DNA from: Acidimicrobiia bacterium
Lineage (GTDB): Bacteria > Actinomycetota > Acidimicrobiia > Spongiisociales > Spongiisociaceae
Length of the DNA stretch: 64,000 nt
Direction of reading: 5' to 3'
Assembly (NCBI GenBank): GCA_041576165.1
Contig: JBFGLM010000005.1
Location: 74,581-138,580, forward strand
The notes under the pieces are model-generated. The model was not told the DNA's origin. It made no database searches and was given only the letters and a program-made list of their open reading frames with translations. A program made the position numbers and the translations under genes. Positions 1 through 9,766 of this stretch are shown piece after piece; the first letter of the stretch is position 1; every line of letters begins with the position of its first letter.

Positions 1-1271
1 ACCGAGAATGTCGAGTCGCGCCGCTCATACTCGAGCGATCCGTGCATCAACTGGGCGAGGCGTTCCGAGAGGCGCAGACCTACGCCGACCTTCAGGTCGT
101 TGCGATCAGCCTCGGCGGCGCGCACCCCCTCCGACGCCAGCACCTCGGTCAGCATGTCGGCCGGCAGGCCGGGCCCGTCGTCTGCTACTTCGACCCATGA
201 GCATTCATCGTCGCGGCCGATTGTGATCGTCACGAACTCGTCGCGATGTTCCCGGGCGTTGGCGATCAAGTGGCGAAGGATCTGCCGCAGGCGCTTGGGA
301 TCGGCCGATGCTTCGGCGTAACCCGCTACGGACACGTAGTCGACATGCTGCATTTCGAGCCCGGTCAGTACCGTTTCGGTGATCCGGCGCAGATCACAGT
401 CGGCAACCTCGACGTCCACGTCCTGGTCATCCGCCCGCGACACCACCCGCAGGTCTTCCATCAGATAGCCGAGGTCGGTGGCCTGCTCTGCGATGGTTTC
501 AATCATGTCGTTTCTCTGGCGGGCATTGAACCGGTGGCGTTCACTCCGCAGTGTCTCGGCGAATCCGAGCACCGATGTCATCGGGGTACGGAGATGGTGG
601 AGCACCGCGTTCACGAACTGCGTCTTGGATGCTTGTACTGCGCGTTCGGTCTCCAGCTCGGCTTCCAGCCGGAGCCGCTCGGCCATGCGGCGCTGGTTCC
701 AGCGAATTGCCAGTATCGCGATGCCCGGCAGTATGACGGCGACCAGCCAGCGCGCCGCCACAGCCACTCGTCCCGCCTGCGTCGCCGAGGCGCTGATTTG
801 CTCAGCGCGGTTGACCCGCTCGCCGTCGGCCATCTCGACCACCTTGCGCAGCTGCTGGGAGGCGAATGGTGATGCCGTGACCGAGCCGACGCTCAACTGT
901 TCGATGGCCTGATCGAGCGCCTCGCCCGCTTTGATGGCCTTGATGGCCGCGCCGCGTCCGGAGACTGCCTGCAAATCCGCCACCGCGTCCGCGTATTGGG
1001 CGCGAGCGACTTTCACCTCTTCGAGTGCGGCGGCCGCGTCGGCCGGGTCGGCTTGACCGGCAGCGACCTGGGTAGCGAGAAAGTCGGCCTGGCTGAGCAG
1101 GGCATCGGCCGTCCAGGCGAACACCAGCACTTCATTGGCCTTGAGCTGCACATCGGCATCCTCTGCGATGGCGATCCGCGCCATGGAGGTGGCCAGCAGG
1201 CTCGCCGCAAGGACAAGAGCGACGCCGAGGGCGAACCCCCCGAGCACGCGCCAGCGGGCGTCGCGCCTCAC
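1..1271 (-). CDS. Membrane sensor histidine kinase (HisKA + HATPase), runs off the left edge
   Basis: Not in the ORF track; translated by hand from GTG 1271, which overlaps the upstream TGA. N-terminal TM (MRRDARWRVLGGFALGVALVLAASLLA), H-box-like FVNAVLHHLRTPMTSVLGFAE, N-box RLRQILRHLIANA, G1 VADDGPG, G2 VGVGL. Frame is open to position 1. Confidence 0.85.
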   Translation of the reverse strand, partial: MRRDARWRVLGGFALGVALVLAASLLATSMARIAIAEDADVQLKANEVLVFAWTADALLSQADFLATQVAAGQADPADAAAALEEVKVARAQYADAVADLQAVSGRGAAIKAIKAGEALDQAIEQLSVGSVTASPFASQQLRKVVEMADGERVNRAEQISASATQAGRVAVAARWLVAVILPGIAILAIRWNQRRMAERLRLEAELETERAVQASKTQFVNAVLHHLRTPMTSVLGFAETLRSERHRFNARQRNDMIETIAEQATDLGYLMEDLRVVSRADDQDVDVEVADCDLRRITETVLTGLEMQHVDYVSVAGYAEASADPKRLRQILRHLIANAREHRDEFVTITIGRDDECSWVEVADDGPGLPADMLTEVLASEGVRAAEADRNDLKVGVGLRLSERLAQLMHGSLEYERRDSTFS

Positions 1272-2374
1272 GTCCGCCCCGTCAGAACTGCGGCCCTAAA
1301 GCGTTTCCGCACTGCCCTCCAATCGATGATGAAGGGGATCACGATAACCAGGGCCCAGATAGTGGCCGCGCCCGTGTCCTGTATGGCGCCGGCGATCACT
1401 CCGATGATCACGAAGGGGCTGACGACCAGGTCTTTGAGGGCCCGGGGAATCGCTTCGGCCAGGTCGCGAAGCGAAAAGGCCTGGACCGGGTCAATTGACA
1501 CCGATCGGAGGACCCGCGGAGGCTCCAGTGCGGCCACGAGCGGCCGCGGCGCCTCCGGCGCCTCTGGAGCCACGGCAGCCGCGGCCTGAGCCGGCGCCGC
1601 CGGCGGCTCTTCCTCCGGCGCTATGGGTGGCGCAGCCAGCACTGTCTCGCGCAAATCCTCGTCGGCAGCAGCTGTCAACGGCACGGTGGTCGTGGTGATG
1701 TCCACCTCCGGTACCGGGCCCGAATTCACCGACGTGGTCGGCGTTTCGGCGGCGGTGGTCGAAGTCACCGGCTGGGTGGCGGGGGGTGGAGGTGGCGGCG
1801 GCTGGGTCGTGACCGGAGGCGGAGTCGTCACCGGGGGTTGGGTGGTGGGCGGCGGAGGGGCGGTGGTTGTCGTGGTCGGCAGCGTGGTGGTCGTAGGCGG
1901 AGGCGGCGGCGGCGGAGCCGTGGGGTCGGTCGTCGTGGTCGTGCCTTCGGGCGCCGTGGTAGTCGTTGTCGTGGGTGGAGCAGCTTGCACCGTCAGCGAG
2001 AACGTCGCGAAGTCCGAGGTCCCTCCCGCTACCTGCGGTGTCTCCGACAGATCGATGACATACGTACCAGCCGGCGTGTCATAGGCGACCGAAACCGAGA
2101 CGGTGGCGCTCCAAGAGCCGGCACCTGAGATGCAACGCGGTGAGACTCCCAGCGTGATCATGCCGGTGGGCGAGATGGCGCCCAGACACGAATCGGACCC
2201 GGACAGGTTGACTCGGAAAGATGTCGAGTTACCCGCGACAACCGTGCCCGACGACGGGCTGACGGAAGTGATGGTGGCATTGACCGGTGATACGACCGCC
2301 ATCACGAGCAACAGGACGAATGCAATCGTCACGGCTCCAACAAGGCGCGTCCCCAACGCCCGCCGCTGTTCCAT
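1268..2374 (-). CDS. Secreted/membrane-anchored protein with Ig-like region, Pro/Thr-rich linker and C-terminal TM
   Basis: Likely start ATG 2374 (MEQRRALG...). Signal-like hydrophobic stretch, beta-rich region, long PPPPTTTT linker, hydrophobic C-terminus followed by basic residues. Confidence 0.7.
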   Translation of the reverse strand: MEQRRALGTRLVGAVTIAFVLLLVMAVVSPVNATITSVSPSSGTVVAGNSTSFRVNLSGSDSCLGAISPTGMITLGVSPRCISGAGSWSATVSVSVAYDTPAGTYVIDLSETPQVAGGTSDFATFSLTVQAAPPTTTTTTAPEGTTTTTDPTAPPPPPPPTTTTLPTTTTTAPPPPTTQPPVTTPPPVTTQPPPPPPPATQPVTSTTAAETPTTSVNSGPVPEVDITTTTVPLTAAADEDLRETVLAAPPIAPEEEPPAAPAQAAAAVAPEAPEAPRPLVAALEPPRVLRSVSIDPVQAFSLRDLAEAIPRALKDLVVSPFVIIGVIAGAIQDTGAATIWALVIVIPFIIDWRAVRKRFRAAVLTGRT

Positions 2375-2501
2375 TCTCGTCGCTCCGTGATCGGGGTCGA
2401 GCCTCCCAGCCACGATCCCCCCAGACCAATGGCCTGGTAGTCCATGGGAGGATACGCGCGCGACGGGCGTTTGGACAATGGAGGCTCCGCCGGGCCTGGT
2501 C

Positions 2502-4691
2502 TCAGCTCGACCCGGCTCCGGCGAGTTTCGCCATCCAGCCGGCGGGATCGAGGCTGTGGGAGATGTTGACCTTTCCCACGCTGGGCCCCGTGCAGCTGTA
2601 GACCATCGTCCACGGCTCGACCGCCGCGCAATGCTCGGGATCAGCCAGCGCACTGGCCAGATTCATGTAGAAGCCGGGTTGTATGTAGTGCTGGGTGGCG
2701 TTGGCGTCGGTGGCGTTCACCAGCCGTTCTCCGTACGGATCCGTGTAGAAGGTGCCCGTACGCAGCGCCAGAGCATGGTTGAACGTGAACCCCTCATCGC
2801 TCCGGATGTTGTCCATCTCGCGCTTGGTCGAGGTTTGGTCCCGGTCCGGAGCATGGAACGTCACCGTGTCACAGGTGAGGTTGGTGCAGAAGGTGAACGG
2901 GTCCCGAATGTCGAACTGATGCTTGAACACCATGCCTAGATTCGACGCCGCCACGGTCTCGTTCGATTTCCACTGCTCGTAGTCGGTGGAGTCCGCCGTC
3001 GTGCGGATGCTCTTCTCGAAGCCGTTGGGGATGCTCTCGGCCAGTTCGTTCATGTCGTAACCACAATTGGTCGGGGTGATCAGCGGATCGCCATCCCGGT
3101 CCGCCGCCTCGGACACCCCAAAATCGGCCTTGAAGCCCGTCCGGAACACCTCATCCCCCGAGGCCGTATACACCATCACATACACGGTGTGCAGCTGCGC
3201 GCACACCCGCCGCACCGAGGCCGTGCTCACGTGGTCGATGAAGCGGACATACGACCCACCGGTTGTCTGAAAGATCGTCTCCTTGAAGCCCATATCCGGC
3301 TCGTCCTGGGGCACCTTGTCGGCGACGTACTGGTACCCGACGAAGGGCGCACCAGGAATGATCCTGGGATCCGAGCCGTGTTCATGGCCGAAGTAGCACC
3401 AGTAGGTCGGATCGATCTGAGGATGCCAAGTGCCGTACGTCTCTCCGTCCCATGCCACAGTCGTGTAGGAGTCGTGGACCCACACGGGACACAGCTGGTT
3501 GGGAATCGGAGTTTCCAGGCCAGCGGGAACCGGCGGCCTGGCGGTGGGCGTCCCGTTCGATTCCGCCAGCAGCACCACGTAGACCTGCGATCCATCGCCG
3601 TCGGGGCTCGGGCCCGGCAGCGAGTGCCACCCGTACCCGAGCGTCTTCTCGTACACGTTGAGCACGTCCCCGTCGATGGCCACAGTCCCCGCCAGCGACC
3701 AGCTGGAAAGCCAGGCCGGTTTGGGATCCCAGCGCTCCCGCCAGACGAGTGCCACCCTGGCCGAGCGGGTCAGGAAGAAGTGGAAGAAGTCGGAATCGGT
3801 GCGGTCACTCCACTGGCTGGCCGGAAGCAGCACGTCCCATCCTGCGTAGTCGTTGGCGTTGGTCACCAGGTCGTCGGCATCCTCCCCGACGGAGAACCCG
3901 GCCGCGAACTGACGCGGGTGGTAGTAGACGTCATCGACCTCATAGCGCTTGATGTCAGATCGAGTCGGATCCCACTGGTAGAAGCGCTCTACCAGGGCCC
4001 GAATTGGATACGGCGGCGTGAGTTCGGCGAGCCCCATCCCGCGTCCCAGAAATGACGCCATCTGGTCGCGGAGGACCGGCTTGGCCGGGCAGTACGCAGC
4101 GGCGCCACATCCGAGGGTGATCCCGGCGTCTGCCACCTTGTTGATGTTCGTCTCGTGTGGGTTTCCGTCATCGTCGGTGAAATGGTCGGTGGAGCCTCCG
4201 CCCAGTTGGAAAGCCCGGGCGAGGAAGGAGGCCATCTCGGCCCGCGTGACCGAGTCAAACGGGCAATAGCTCTTGCCGCCGCAGCCGAGGGTGATCCCGG
4301 CGTCTGCCAGCTTGTTGATGTTGGCCTCGTGGGCCGTCCCGTCGTCATCGGTGAAATGGTCGGTGGTCGAAGTGGGCAGCTCGAGCGCCCGCGCGATGAA
4401 CGACGCCATCTGCTCCCGTGACACTTCTGCACTCGGGCAGTAGGTTTCATAGTCGCAGCCGAGCGTCACTCCCTGTGCAGCTATGGCCTCGATGTACCCC
4501 TCGTGAACGCTGAGATCCTCGTCGACGAAGGTACCCCCGGGCGGCAGGCTTTGCGCATTGGATGCCTGGCCGGCGAACAGGACGAGCAGCATCACGCCCG
4601 CGGTGATGGCGGCCACCGTCATCACTCGCAGAGTAGATCCGGTCCCGGCTCCTGGCGCGGCGGCCCTGACGCGAAAAAGCGGCTCCCTCAA
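2502..4691 (-). CDS. SLH-domain surface protein with uncharacterised C-terminal domain
   Basis: TTG start preceded by AGGAGG; signal peptide; three SLH-like repeats (GITLGC...YCP...VTRAEMASFL); then a ~500-aa region containing WCYFGHEHGSDP. Confidence 0.8.
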   Translation of the reverse strand: MREPLFRVRAAAPGAGTGSTLRVMTVAAITAGVMLLVLFAGQASNAQSLPPGGTFVDEDLSVHEGYIEAIAAQGVTLGCDYETYCPSAEVSREQMASFIARALELPTSTTDHFTDDDGTAHEANINKLADAGITLGCGGKSYCPFDSVTRAEMASFLARAFQLGGGSTDHFTDDDGNPHETNINKVADAGITLGCGAAAYCPAKPVLRDQMASFLGRGMGLAELTPPYPIRALVERFYQWDPTRSDIKRYEVDDVYYHPRQFAAGFSVGEDADDLVTNANDYAGWDVLLPASQWSDRTDSDFFHFFLTRSARVALVWRERWDPKPAWLSSWSLAGTVAIDGDVLNVYEKTLGYGWHSLPGPSPDGDGSQVYVVLLAESNGTPTARPPVPAGLETPIPNQLCPVWVHDSYTTVAWDGETYGTWHPQIDPTYWCYFGHEHGSDPRIIPGAPFVGYQYVADKVPQDEPDMGFKETIFQTTGGSYVRFIDHVSTASVRRVCAQLHTVYVMVYTASGDEVFRTGFKADFGVSEAADRDGDPLITPTNCGYDMNELAESIPNGFEKSIRTTADSTDYEQWKSNETVAASNLGMVFKHQFDIRDPFTFCTNLTCDTVTFHAPDRDQTSTKREMDNIRSDEGFTFNHALALRTGTFYTDPYGERLVNATDANATQHYIQPGFYMNLASALADPEHCAAVEPWTMVYSCTGPSVGKVNISHSLDPAGWMAKLAGAGSS

Positions 4692-4911
4692 GATTCCCTC
4701 CTCGTGAGGTACTTCCTGTCGGTTCCGCCGCCCGGAAATGTATCAGATTTGTGGTCAAACAACAACACCGGGTGCGATTCTGTCTCAACCGAGACGATTC
4801 GCCGACCAGAAATGCCTCAACGAAGCGCGAACAATGGTCGATTCACTCCAAAGAAGGGTCTTGCGGGCGTTGTGGGGGGCATGAGTGCGCAGCGACGATT
4901 CGAGCTCGGCG

Positions 4912-6339
4912 ATGGAAACTGAAAACGTGGACCATCCGGTGACCGGCCGACCGGCGGACTCCGGTTTGACGGCTACTACCTCTACCGAGGTTGATTTGCG
5001 CGCGGGACGCCCCGTTGTCCGGTTCACCTCCGACGGATCCGACGCCGACGAACTGGCCTACTGGGCGACGCACGACCGGCTCACTCGCCTCGCCAACCGC
5101 GACCTGTTCCGGACCGAGCTCGTGCGCGCCATGGCCCTCAGCCAGCGCGCGAGAGACGCGCTGGCAGTTCTGTTCATAGACCTCGACCGATTCAAGCAGG
5201 TGAACGACGTGTTCGGGCATGAGGTGGGTGACCGGGTGCTGGTCCAGGTGGCCGAGCGGATCGTGCGGGTGTCGCGTCCGGCCGACACGGTGGGTCGGTT
5301 CGGCGGCGACGAGTTCGTGGTGCTGTGTAACGACATCCGCGAAGTCGGCCGGGCGTGGTCGATCGCCCAGCGAATCGCATCCGAAATAGACCGCCCGTTC
5401 CAGGTTGGAGAGCTGGAGCTGTCGATCGGGTGCAGCATCGGGATCGCCCTTGCCGAGGACACCCTCGCCCCCGACGAACTGATGCGACGAGCCGATCAAG
5501 CCATGTATCGAGCCAAGAGCGAGCGCACTGAGGTGGCGGCCTATTCCGGCGATCGGGCGCCTCGTCGGATCGGCTCGGAGACGTCCGAATGTCTGCTGAC
5601 GGCGGCTCTGGCCGGCGACGTTGAACTGCGCTACCAGCCCATCGTGGGTCTGCGCGACCGTCAGATGCTTGCCTTGCGAGCATCAATCGCTTGGAGCAAT
5701 GCGGCGGATTCTTCAGCTCCCGCCGGCGATCTCATGGCCACGGTTGCGGACAGTTCGACAGTTCGGGAGCTCGGCCGCTGGGCGCTCGAACGTTCCCTGT
5801 GCGACCTCGCAACTTTCACGCGGCTGGGCCTCAACCCCGATGTGGGTGTGATGGTCTCGCTCACCGCCCAGCAGGCGCTGGACGGCGGTCTGAGCGACGC
5901 GGCTCGCCAGGCCATCGAACGAGCGTCGATCGAGCCGGGCCGGCTCATTCTCGGGGTCGCCGAGTCCATCCTGTCCGACGTTCTGGATCCGTCGAACCGG
6001 CAGCGATTCGCCCCGGTCGGAAACCGATTCGCGATCGAATCGTTCGGTGTGTCCGGCTCATCGCTGCTGCAGCTCGGAGATCTCGGCGCCGCCTATTTGA
6101 CCATTGACCAACGATTTGTCTCCGGCCTGAGCCGAACGCCGCATCTGGCCAAGGTGATCGGTGCGATGACACAACTTGCTGGAGCTTTCGGAATGAAGGC
6201 CATAGCGGCGGGAGCCGAGTCGGAAGCAGACCTTGCGTCCTTGCGTCGGCTCGGCTGCGCGGCCGCGTACGGCCATTGTGTGAGCCCGGCCCTTCCGGCC
6301 GACCAAATCAACGGCCTGGTGGCCAGCGGAGCGGCTTGA
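4912..6339 (+). CDS. GGDEF + degenerate EAL domain protein
   Basis: HDRLTRLANR, FIDLDRFKQVND, RPADTVGRFGGDEF. EAL half has YQPIV but ALRAS in place of EAL and IESFG in place of DDFG. Confidence 0.88.
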   Translation: METENVDHPVTGRPADSGLTATTSTEVDLRAGRPVVRFTSDGSDADELAYWATHDRLTRLANRDLFRTELVRAMALSQRARDALAVLFIDLDRFKQVNDVFGHEVGDRVLVQVAERIVRVSRPADTVGRFGGDEFVVLCNDIREVGRAWSIAQRIASEIDRPFQVGELELSIGCSIGIALAEDTLAPDELMRRADQAMYRAKSERTEVAAYSGDRAPRRIGSETSECLLTAALAGDVELRYQPIVGLRDRQMLALRASIAWSNAADSSAPAGDLMATVADSSTVRELGRWALERSLCDLATFTRLGLNPDVGVMVSLTAQQALDGGLSDAARQAIERASIEPGRLILGVAESILSDVLDPSNRQRFAPVGNRFAIESFGVSGSSLLQLGDLGAAYLTIDQRFVSGLSRTPHLAKVIGAMTQLAGAFGMKAIAAGAESEADLASLRRLGCAAAYGHCVSPALPADQINGLVASGAA

Positions 6340-6381
6340 ACCGCCGGTCGTCTCGGCCCGTCTCCGCCCGAAAACCCTAGA

Positions 6382-7386
6382 TCAGGGGACCGTCCACGTA
6401 CCCTGCGAGCTGAGGAGTTTCGCCAGGTCGCCCCGCCCCTTGGCCTCCCGTGCATCAACCAGCTGGCGGACGACCGCGTCGTCGTAGGCCGGGCGCTCGA
6501 CGTTGCGGAAGATGCCGAGGGGAGTCGGTCCGTACGGCCCGTGTGCCAGTCGGCTGAGCGCGAACGCTTGACTCGGGTCCGGGTGGGTTTCGTCATGCAC
6601 CACGATCGCGGACGGATCAACTGTGGCGGTCAGCACGACCTTGGCGCTGGCGCCTTCCATCACGACCGCCTTCTCCTTGTCGGGGCCAAACACCACCGGC
6701 TGGCCGTGCACCAGATCGATCCGGTTGTGAGTGCGCTCCTGCTTGCCCGTCAGCTCGATGAACGCTTTGTCGTTGAAGACATTGCAGTTCTGATAGATCT
6801 CAATGAACGCTGAGCCTTGGTGGGCGTGGGCTTTGCGCAGAATGTCGATCGTGTGGTTGCGGTCCATGTCCAACGTGCGGGCCACAAAACTGGCCTCGGC
6901 CCCCAGCGCCAGACTGATCGGGTTGAACGGATGATCCACCGAGCCCATCGGAGACGACTTCGTCAGCTTGCCCACCTCCGAGGTGGGGGAGTACTGGCCC
7001 TTCGTAAGGCCGTAGATCTGGTTGTTGAACAACAGGATCTTGATGTTCACGTTCCGCCGCAGGGCGTGGATCAAGTGATTGCCGCCGATCGAGAGCATGT
7101 CCCCGTCTCCACCCACGACCCACACACTGAGGTCGGGGTTGGCGACGGCGACGCCACTCGCAATAGCCGGGGCCCGCCCGTGGATCGAGTGCATCCCGTA
7201 CGTGTTCATGTAGTACGGGAACCGGGCGGCACACCCAATGCCCGACACGAAAACGATGTTCTCGCGGGGGACCCCCATCTCGGCCATGAATGTCTGGACC
7301 GACGCCAGGATGGTGTAATCACCGCACCCGGGGCACCAGCGCACCTCTTGATCGGTCTGAAAGTCTGTCCGGGTATAGGTCGTCAT
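6382..7386 (-). CDS. korB: 2-oxoacid:ferredoxin oxidoreductase beta subunit
   Basis: WCPGCGD, SGIGC, HSIHGRA, TPP motif GDGD...NNQIYGLTKGQYSPT. Confidence 0.93.
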   Translation of the reverse strand: MTTYTRTDFQTDQEVRWCPGCGDYTILASVQTFMAEMGVPRENIVFVSGIGCAARFPYYMNTYGMHSIHGRAPAIASGVAVANPDLSVWVVGGDGDMLSIGGNHLIHALRRNVNIKILLFNNQIYGLTKGQYSPTSEVGKLTKSSPMGSVDHPFNPISLALGAEASFVARTLDMDRNHTIDILRKAHAHQGSAFIEIYQNCNVFNDKAFIELTGKQERTHNRIDLVHGQPVVFGPDKEKAVVMEGASAKVVLTATVDPSAIVVHDETHPDPSQAFALSRLAHGPYGPTPLGIFRNVERPAYDDAVVRQLVDAREAKGRGDLAKLLSSQGTWTVP

Positions 7387-9266
7387 GACTCAAGCATCTC
7401 CGCGATCTTGCGCTCGATTTCGGCCGCCCGAAACACAATCCCCTCAACCTTGTTGAAGGAAATGGCCGGAACGAGGAACTCCGCCCGTAGGAGCCGGGAG
7501 AGGTGTCCGCTGTTCAGCTCGGGGATCAGCACCTTGTCGTAGCTGCTCAGGATGGTGGCCAGATTGTTCGGGAAGGGATTCAGATGCCGGAGGTGGGCTT
7601 GGGCCACCGTCAGCCCGTGGCGGCGAGCGTTCCGCACACCCGCAGTGACTGCCCCATAGGTCGAGCCCCATGAGAGGACCAGCAGGTCGGCGCCCTGGGG
7701 ATCCTCTACTTCGAGGTCGGGGATGTCGTTGGCGATGTTGGCGATCTTCCAGGCGCGGATGTCGGTCATCAGCTGATGGTTGGCAGGGTCGTAGGACACG
7801 TCACCGCTGACTTCTTCCTTCTCGATGCCGCCGAGCCGGTGCTCGAGACCCGGAGTCCCCGGAACCGCCCACTGCCGGGCCATGGTGTGGGCATCCCGGT
7901 AGTAGGGCAGGAAGCGGTCGTCCACATTGGGACGGGTTGCGAATCGGATCGAGATGTCGGGCAGCGAATCGACATCGGGGAGGCGCCATGGCTCGGACCC
8001 GGTGGCGATGTAACCATCGGAGAGGATGAGCACCGGCGTCATGTACTTCAGTGCGATCCGCGCCGCTTCGATGGTTGTATCGAATGCATCGGCCGCGCTG
8101 GCGATTGCCAGCACCGGCAGCGGGGCTTCGCCGTGGCGTCCGTACATCGCCATCATCAGGTCTGATTGCTCGGGCTTGGTCGGCATACCTGTGGATGGAC
8201 CCGCCCGCTGCACGTCGACGACGATCATCGGCAGCTCTGCGACAACCGCCAGCGAGATGGTCTCACTCTTCAAGGCCACGCCGGGACCGCTGGTCCCGGT
8301 GACGGCCAGATGGCCGGTGAAGGCGGCGCCGAGCGCCGCGCCGACTGCGGCGATCTCGTCCTCGGCTTGGAAGGTCTTGACACCGAAGTTCTTGTGGCGA
8401 GACAACTCGTGCAGGATGTCCGAGGCCGGGGTGATCGGGTAGCTCCCGTAGAAGAGCGGCAGGCTGGACAGCTCGGCCGCCGCGATCAGGCCCCACGAGA
8501 GTGCCACGTTGCCGTTGACGTTCGTATAGGTGCCGGAGGGCAACTTGGCCGGCTTGACCTCGAACGTCCGCTGAAATGCTTCAGTGGTGAGCCCGAAGTT
8601 GTAGCCGGCCTTGAGCGCATTGATATTGGCCGTGGCTACCTCCGGCTGCCGGGCCCGGAATTTTTCGTTGACCCAGTTCTCGGTGACGGTGGTGGGGCGC
8701 CCGAACAACCACAGGACCAAGCCCAGGGCCAGGAAGTTCTTGGACCGGAGGACGGCGCGGCCGGTGACACCGGAATCCTTGACCGCCTCCTTGGTCAGGG
8801 TCTCCATCGGGACCTGATAGACCTCCCAATCCGAGAGGCTGGTGTCTTCCAAGGGGTTCTTGTCGTAGCCCGCCTTCGCGAGATTGCGCTCGTCGAATGC
8901 CTCGTGGTTGACGATGAGGATGCCGCCCGAGCGCAGGTCTCCTAGGTTGGACTTCAGAGCCGCTGGGTTCATCGCAACCAGGACGTCGGGTTGATCGCCA
9001 GGGGTGAGGATGTCCCAATCCGCGATCTGGACCTGAAATGACGAAACTCCCGGTAGCGTGCCCTGTGGAGCGCGAATCTCGGCCGGGAAATTGGGCAGCG
9101 TGGCGAGATCGTTACCAAACGCAGCGGAGGCGTCGGTGAATCGATTTCCAGCCAGCTGCATGCCGTCGCCGGAGTCGCCGGCGAAGCGGATGACGACCCG
9201 GTCGATCGGTTGGACGGCGATAGCCGTCTCAGCGTCGGATTCGACGGTTGCAGTGTCGTCAGACAC
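7383..9266 (-). CDS. korA: 2-oxoacid:ferredoxin oxidoreductase alpha subunit
   Basis: RFAGDSGDGMQ, YPITPAS, QAEDEIAA, TSGPG, QRAGPSTGMPTK; ATGA overlap with the beta gene. Confidence 0.93.
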   Translation of the reverse strand: MSDDTATVESDAETAIAVQPIDRVVIRFAGDSGDGMQLAGNRFTDASAAFGNDLATLPNFPAEIRAPQGTLPGVSSFQVQIADWDILTPGDQPDVLVAMNPAALKSNLGDLRSGGILIVNHEAFDERNLAKAGYDKNPLEDTSLSDWEVYQVPMETLTKEAVKDSGVTGRAVLRSKNFLALGLVLWLFGRPTTVTENWVNEKFRARQPEVATANINALKAGYNFGLTTEAFQRTFEVKPAKLPSGTYTNVNGNVALSWGLIAAAELSSLPLFYGSYPITPASDILHELSRHKNFGVKTFQAEDEIAAVGAALGAAFTGHLAVTGTSGPGVALKSETISLAVVAELPMIVVDVQRAGPSTGMPTKPEQSDLMMAMYGRHGEAPLPVLAIASAADAFDTTIEAARIALKYMTPVLILSDGYIATGSEPWRLPDVDSLPDISIRFATRPNVDDRFLPYYRDAHTMARQWAVPGTPGLEHRLGGIEKEEVSGDVSYDPANHQLMTDIRAWKIANIANDIPDLEVEDPQGADLLVLSWGSTYGAVTAGVRNARRHGLTVAQAHLRHLNPFPNNLATILSSYDKVLIPELNSGHLSRLLRAEFLVPAISFNKVEGIVFRAAEIERKIAEMLES

Positions 9267-9593
9267 AGAGAATCACTTCCTTCTGAGCCGGTTGTCGTGC
9301 TTCAACCGCCCGGCTCGGTGTTTCATCCTCGGGGACATCGTCCGTCCAGCTTCCCACCAGTGCGAACCTTCCCGCAGAAGAGTCCATTCCGCCGCGGCCT
9401 GATCTGCCACTCCCGGCTACGCCCGTCACGAACCGGCGATGATGCGACCAAATCCGGCGCTGGTCTTTGTGCAGGATTGCTCTAGTCCGATTGTCCGATA
9501 TTTGCTTTTCTTTGTCGAGTATTCCGCGGCGTACACACATCCAGATCATGAGACGGGTGCCGGCCTCGGAATCCGCTTCTCAGGGTGCCTCAA

Positions 9594-9629
9594 AATGTTG
9601 CACGCCGTCCGTAGACGGCGTGCAACATT
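9594..9629 (-). terminator. Perfect 16-bp hairpin with cUACGg tetraloop; probable intrinsic terminator
   Basis: AATGTTGCACGCCGTC-CGTA-GACGGCGTGCAACATT. On the minus strand the loop is UACG closed by C-G and the stem ends in AUUUUG; about 140 nt downstream of the stop at 9767. Confidence 0.6.
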
Positions 9630-9766
9630 GTAACTCTGCCATCACCTACACAGCGATCATGAGCGAGCGGGAACCCTCCGGTTGGGAACGCTTGGTTCCT
9701 GGGGTTGCGAACCAACTCGATACGACGTCAACGTGGCGCGACCGCTTGCGGATGCGCCGCTCCGTC

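Noticed and set aside
1690-1980. Low-complexity GGT/GGC/GTC-rich tract
   Set aside because: Encodes an ordinary Pro/Thr linker; a similar tract occurs at about 12570-12660.
9330-9400. Minus-strand GCACTGGTGGGAAG resembling a cobalamin riboswitch B12 box upstream of korA
   Set aside because: The other conserved riboswitch elements could not be found; a short match is expected by chance.
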